In this document: in pieces, positions 60,901-64,000 of the stretch | Layout of the letters: every line of letters begins with the position of its first letter | Numbering within the stretch: position 1 is the first letter of the stretch | Origin: Gnetum montanum | Lineage: Eukaryota; Plantae; Gnetophyta | Length of the DNA stretch: 64,000 bases | Assembly: GCA_015680685.1 (NCBI GenBank) | Contig: MNCI01001420.1 | Location: 223,827 to 287,826, forward strand | Reading direction: 5' to 3' | The notes under the pieces: generated by a model | What the model was told of the DNA's origin: nothing | Databases searched by the model: none | Seen by the model: the letters and a program-made list of their open reading frames with translations, nothing else | Made by a program: the position numbers and the translations under genes

Positions 60901-62830
60901 ATTCTCAGCAAGCCTTCGATAGGTTCAAAGAAGCTTTAACCTCTCATCCAGTTTTGGCATTGGCTAATTTCTCGAAACCTTTTGAGATTCATACTAATGC
61001 CAGTGAGAATGCAATGCGGGACGTGTTGCTACATGAAGGTCATCCTGTCGCTTATGAAAGTCAGAAGCTGAATCAAGTAGAGTAGAAGTGGTCCGTCCAT
61101 GAAAAAGAAACATTCACTATTGTCCATTGCTTAAGAGCATGGAGACACTACTTGCTGAGAAGTTGTGTCCTCGTAAAGATAGATAATTTGACCATTAGCT
61201 ACTTGCTGAATCAAACGAAGCTGAGGCCCAAATAGGCCCGATGGTTGGCCATGCTATCTGAATTTGATTTGCAATTGACTTACCATCTTGGAAAGGAGAA
61301 CGTGGTGGCAAATGCATTGAGTCGCTGTCCTTAGCCTGCCTCCTAGCTCTTTTCTATCACTGAGCCACAAATTTCACATGTTCAATGTGATGAAGTGTTG
61401 TTGGCTAGAATTCAAAATGGCTTAAAAAGAGATCCTCATATCACTAATTTAATGAAGCTGATAGAAACTAGGTGAGCACCATAGTTCAAAATGAGGGATG
61501 GACTGCTTTGGTTCCATGATAATTGGATATGCATTCCAAATTGGGATGGCTTACGAAAGGAGATAATTCGAGAGTACCATGATACACAGTGGGCTGGGCA
61601 CCCTGGACAACAAAGGACCTTGGCACTCATTGAGAGAACCTTATTCTGGCCAAAAATGTACCAGGATGTGATTTCTTATATTCAGAAGTGTTTGCTATGC
61701 CAATAGGATAAAGGTTCTATGGAGCATCTAGGTGGTCTTCTATTGCACTTGGAAATCCCTCCATTTCCATGGGCTACAATGTCTATGGACTTCATCACAG
61801 GATTACCAAATGTTTAGAGCTTAAGCAGTATTATTGTAGTGGTGGAAAAATTTTCTAAATTTTCCATATTCATTCCCTGTCCATCACAGTGCTTAGTCGA
61901 TACTATTTTGATAAGATGGTTCAATATTTTGGATTACCCATGAGCATTGTGTCAGATTGAGATCCACGATTCACAAGTGCTTTCTGGTGAGCCTTGTTTG
62001 GCATGATGGGTACCACCCTCAAATTGTTAATAATCTTTCATCTGCAAATCGATAGTCAAATAGAACGGATGAACCAGGTACTTGAAGAGTACCTCCGACA
62101 CTATGTTCATAGTGATCAAAAGAATTGACCTTTTCTATTAGGGATTGCCCAGCTAAGTTATAACATCTAGAAGTCATTAGCTACTAGGTTTTCTCCTGCA
62201 GAACTGGTAATGGGAAGGTAGCCCATTACCCCTCATATGATCTCCCCCTTGTTGTAGGGTCAGCATCCCTCAGTAGATGAATTCTTGCAAGTGTGATCTG
62301 AAAATGTTGAAACAACAAAATATCATCTAGAGAGGGTAGTGAAGCGAATGAAAAAGTATGCTGATTGAAAATGCCAACACTGTGAATTTAAGATGGGAGA
62401 TTGAGTTCTCTTGAAGTTGGACCCATGTCAGTTTAAGCTGAAATAGGGAACTATCTCCAAGCTGATGAGGCAGTATGATGGTCCCTTTCGGATCATCGAT
62501 AAAATTAACCCTATGACATATACACTTCAGCTACCGATCAATATGGACCAAGTCCATCCAGTTTTTCATGTCAGCATGCTGAAGCCATTGCCGGATGGGT
62601 TCCCGTATCTGGAAAGAAGCCTCTCGATCCAAGAGCAACCTTGTATACAATCTATACAAGGAAAGAGAGCAGGCTGCATCTGAAACTTCTGGACCACTAG
62701 CCATGGTGTAGATTGGAAAGTGGAGTTCCTCATCCACTAGAAACATCGTCCTGACTAAAACAATAGCTGGGAACCATTGGAGCATTTGAGGTCCTAGGAA
62801 AACTTGATCCTGGACTTCTATAGGAAGTAA
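57955..62830 (+). pseudogene. pol: Degenerate gag-pol with C-terminal chromodomain
   Basis: YDGERND (gag), CFLCRGNHLARNF (knuckle remnant), LIDNGASHNY (PR), MPFGLCNA and YLDDILIYS (RT), HTNASE and PVAYESQKL (RH), SMDFITGLP and YDGPF (INT), EFLIH*KHRPD*NNSWEPLEHL (chromodomain, ~62720-62790). Confidence 0.93.
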
Positions 62831-63484
62831 GAAATCGACCTCCAGCCTTGGCTGCTTTAATGATGGATGGAGAAACCTCCCATGCAAAAAAAAAAAAAAG
62901 ATCAGAAGAGGTGTGGCATGTGGTGCCTTATAGGATTCGAGAGTGAATTCCTATGAGAGTTGACCTTAGATAGGGGAGGAAGGTGCCTGGAGCCATTCGA
63001 AGTGCTCTATAGGTGATGGGGCTTAAAGTTCAAATAGACAAGGAGCTATGTTAAACTTGAGACCCCTAGACCTTTGGATCAAATGAGTTAGGGACACCCT
63101 GGAACTCATGCACCCCTAGGTCAGTGCATTCTATCATGTTGCAATGATAGACCGCCTGATGTCCTCCCATAGCCTGGCATTTCAGGCCAGGTATGGAAGG
63201 ATGGATAGGCCAAGTCTTGAGAGGTAATGCTCTTGACTTGGATGTCGGATGCTAGGATGAGTCCGGATCTTAGGAAGGTAGTCAAGTTCAAAAAAAATGC
63301 TTTATGGCCTTAGGCCCTAGCAGTTGGACCTTCTAGAACCGAATATCCCTTGAAACGTGACTCAAAATAGCATGGGTGTACTTTCCTGAAATGGATGGAA
63401 TCCTCCCTTGGTTTCAATATAATAACCTCATGGGTTACCTAGGCCATGCTCCAAGGTCGTCACTCATTTTAAGCAGGGCAGGAT

Positions 63485-64000
63485 TGTGAGAGAGGAAGTA
63501 GGGTTGGTGGTGGCCTACTACCTCCCCCACAGTTCAAGGGTCATGGGGCCATAAGGGATCCTCCGCTCCTTGTGTCTTCGAAATCATACTAGCATAGCAG
63601 TTCCATGCATTAGTAAAGAGGAGGCTACGACCTACCTCTTTACCCCACTTGGTAGGACCTTGCCTAGGAGGGTTGCGTAGTTCAACTCTATGTTGGGATT
63701 TTTTTACTGGGTGTGTCATGGCACATGCTATGGGATGTTGCGTGCGCTCCTTGGAGTGCAACACCAACTACCAGCACGCGACGATGATTTTGGAGGGTTC
63801 AACTAGTAGTCCCTGTGGTGTCCACATGAGTGGAGCAAGGGAGCGCTGTGGTGTCCACATGAGTGGAGCAAGGGAGCACTATCTAGCTTGTTAGCATATC
63901 GCGAATATTGAATATGAAACACTGCTTAGGAGACATGCTAACACAAACACATTGCTTGTTGGCATGTGTTTCAAGATTGTTGATTGTTGAGGCATATTCC
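63485..64000 (+). repeat. 3' LTR of the chromovirus (truncated by the window end)
   Basis: Direct repeat of 57289 onward, preceded by the purine-rich AAGCAGGGCAGGA (63471-63483). Confidence 0.95.

Larger units (their letters stand above)
57289..64000 (+). mobile_element. Ty3/gypsy chromovirus, Galadriel-like, near full-length, decayed; 3' LTR runs off the window
   Basis: Short paired LTRs, tRNA-iMet PBS, gag-PR-RT-RH-INT-chromodomain and a purine tract. Clade-typical motifs GLQPWAQMELHRRG and HDTQWAGHPG. Confidence 0.93.

Overview
Repeat-dense, heavily methylated land-plant-type nuclear DNA: C->T decay at CG and CHG sites has broken almost every ORF. No intact host gene is visible. The window is a nest of decayed transposons. 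(1) The 5' part of a minus-strand Tat/Ogre-type Ty3/gypsy element (1-4613) inserted in a minus-strand Athila-like remnant. (2) An L1-type LINE fragment. (3) A large Athila-like element (9118-44035) interrupted between protease and RT by two insertions 17 bp apart: a 2.2-kb LTR-derived fold-back element with 260-bp terminal inverted repeats (13170-15402, TSD CACAT), and a complete 18.1-kb Tat element (15420-33549, TSD ATATT). (4) A further 5'-truncated Athila copy (44670-52823). (5) An AT-rich, CpG-retaining island carrying a TIR-bounded Merlin/IS1595-family transposase remnant (about 53440-56200). (6) A Galadriel-type chromovirus (57289 to the window end). The most unusual system is in the 18-kb Tat element. 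A ~6.4-kb region between protease and RT, with a perfect sense splice donor, carries a multi-intron ANTISENSE gene with its own candidate TATA box. This gene is bracketed by arrays of a TAAACTGGCA motif that recurs in the 3' UTR, and its upstream region shares half-sites of a 22-bp palindrome repeated five times in each LTR. All identities are by-eye estimates; no searches were run.
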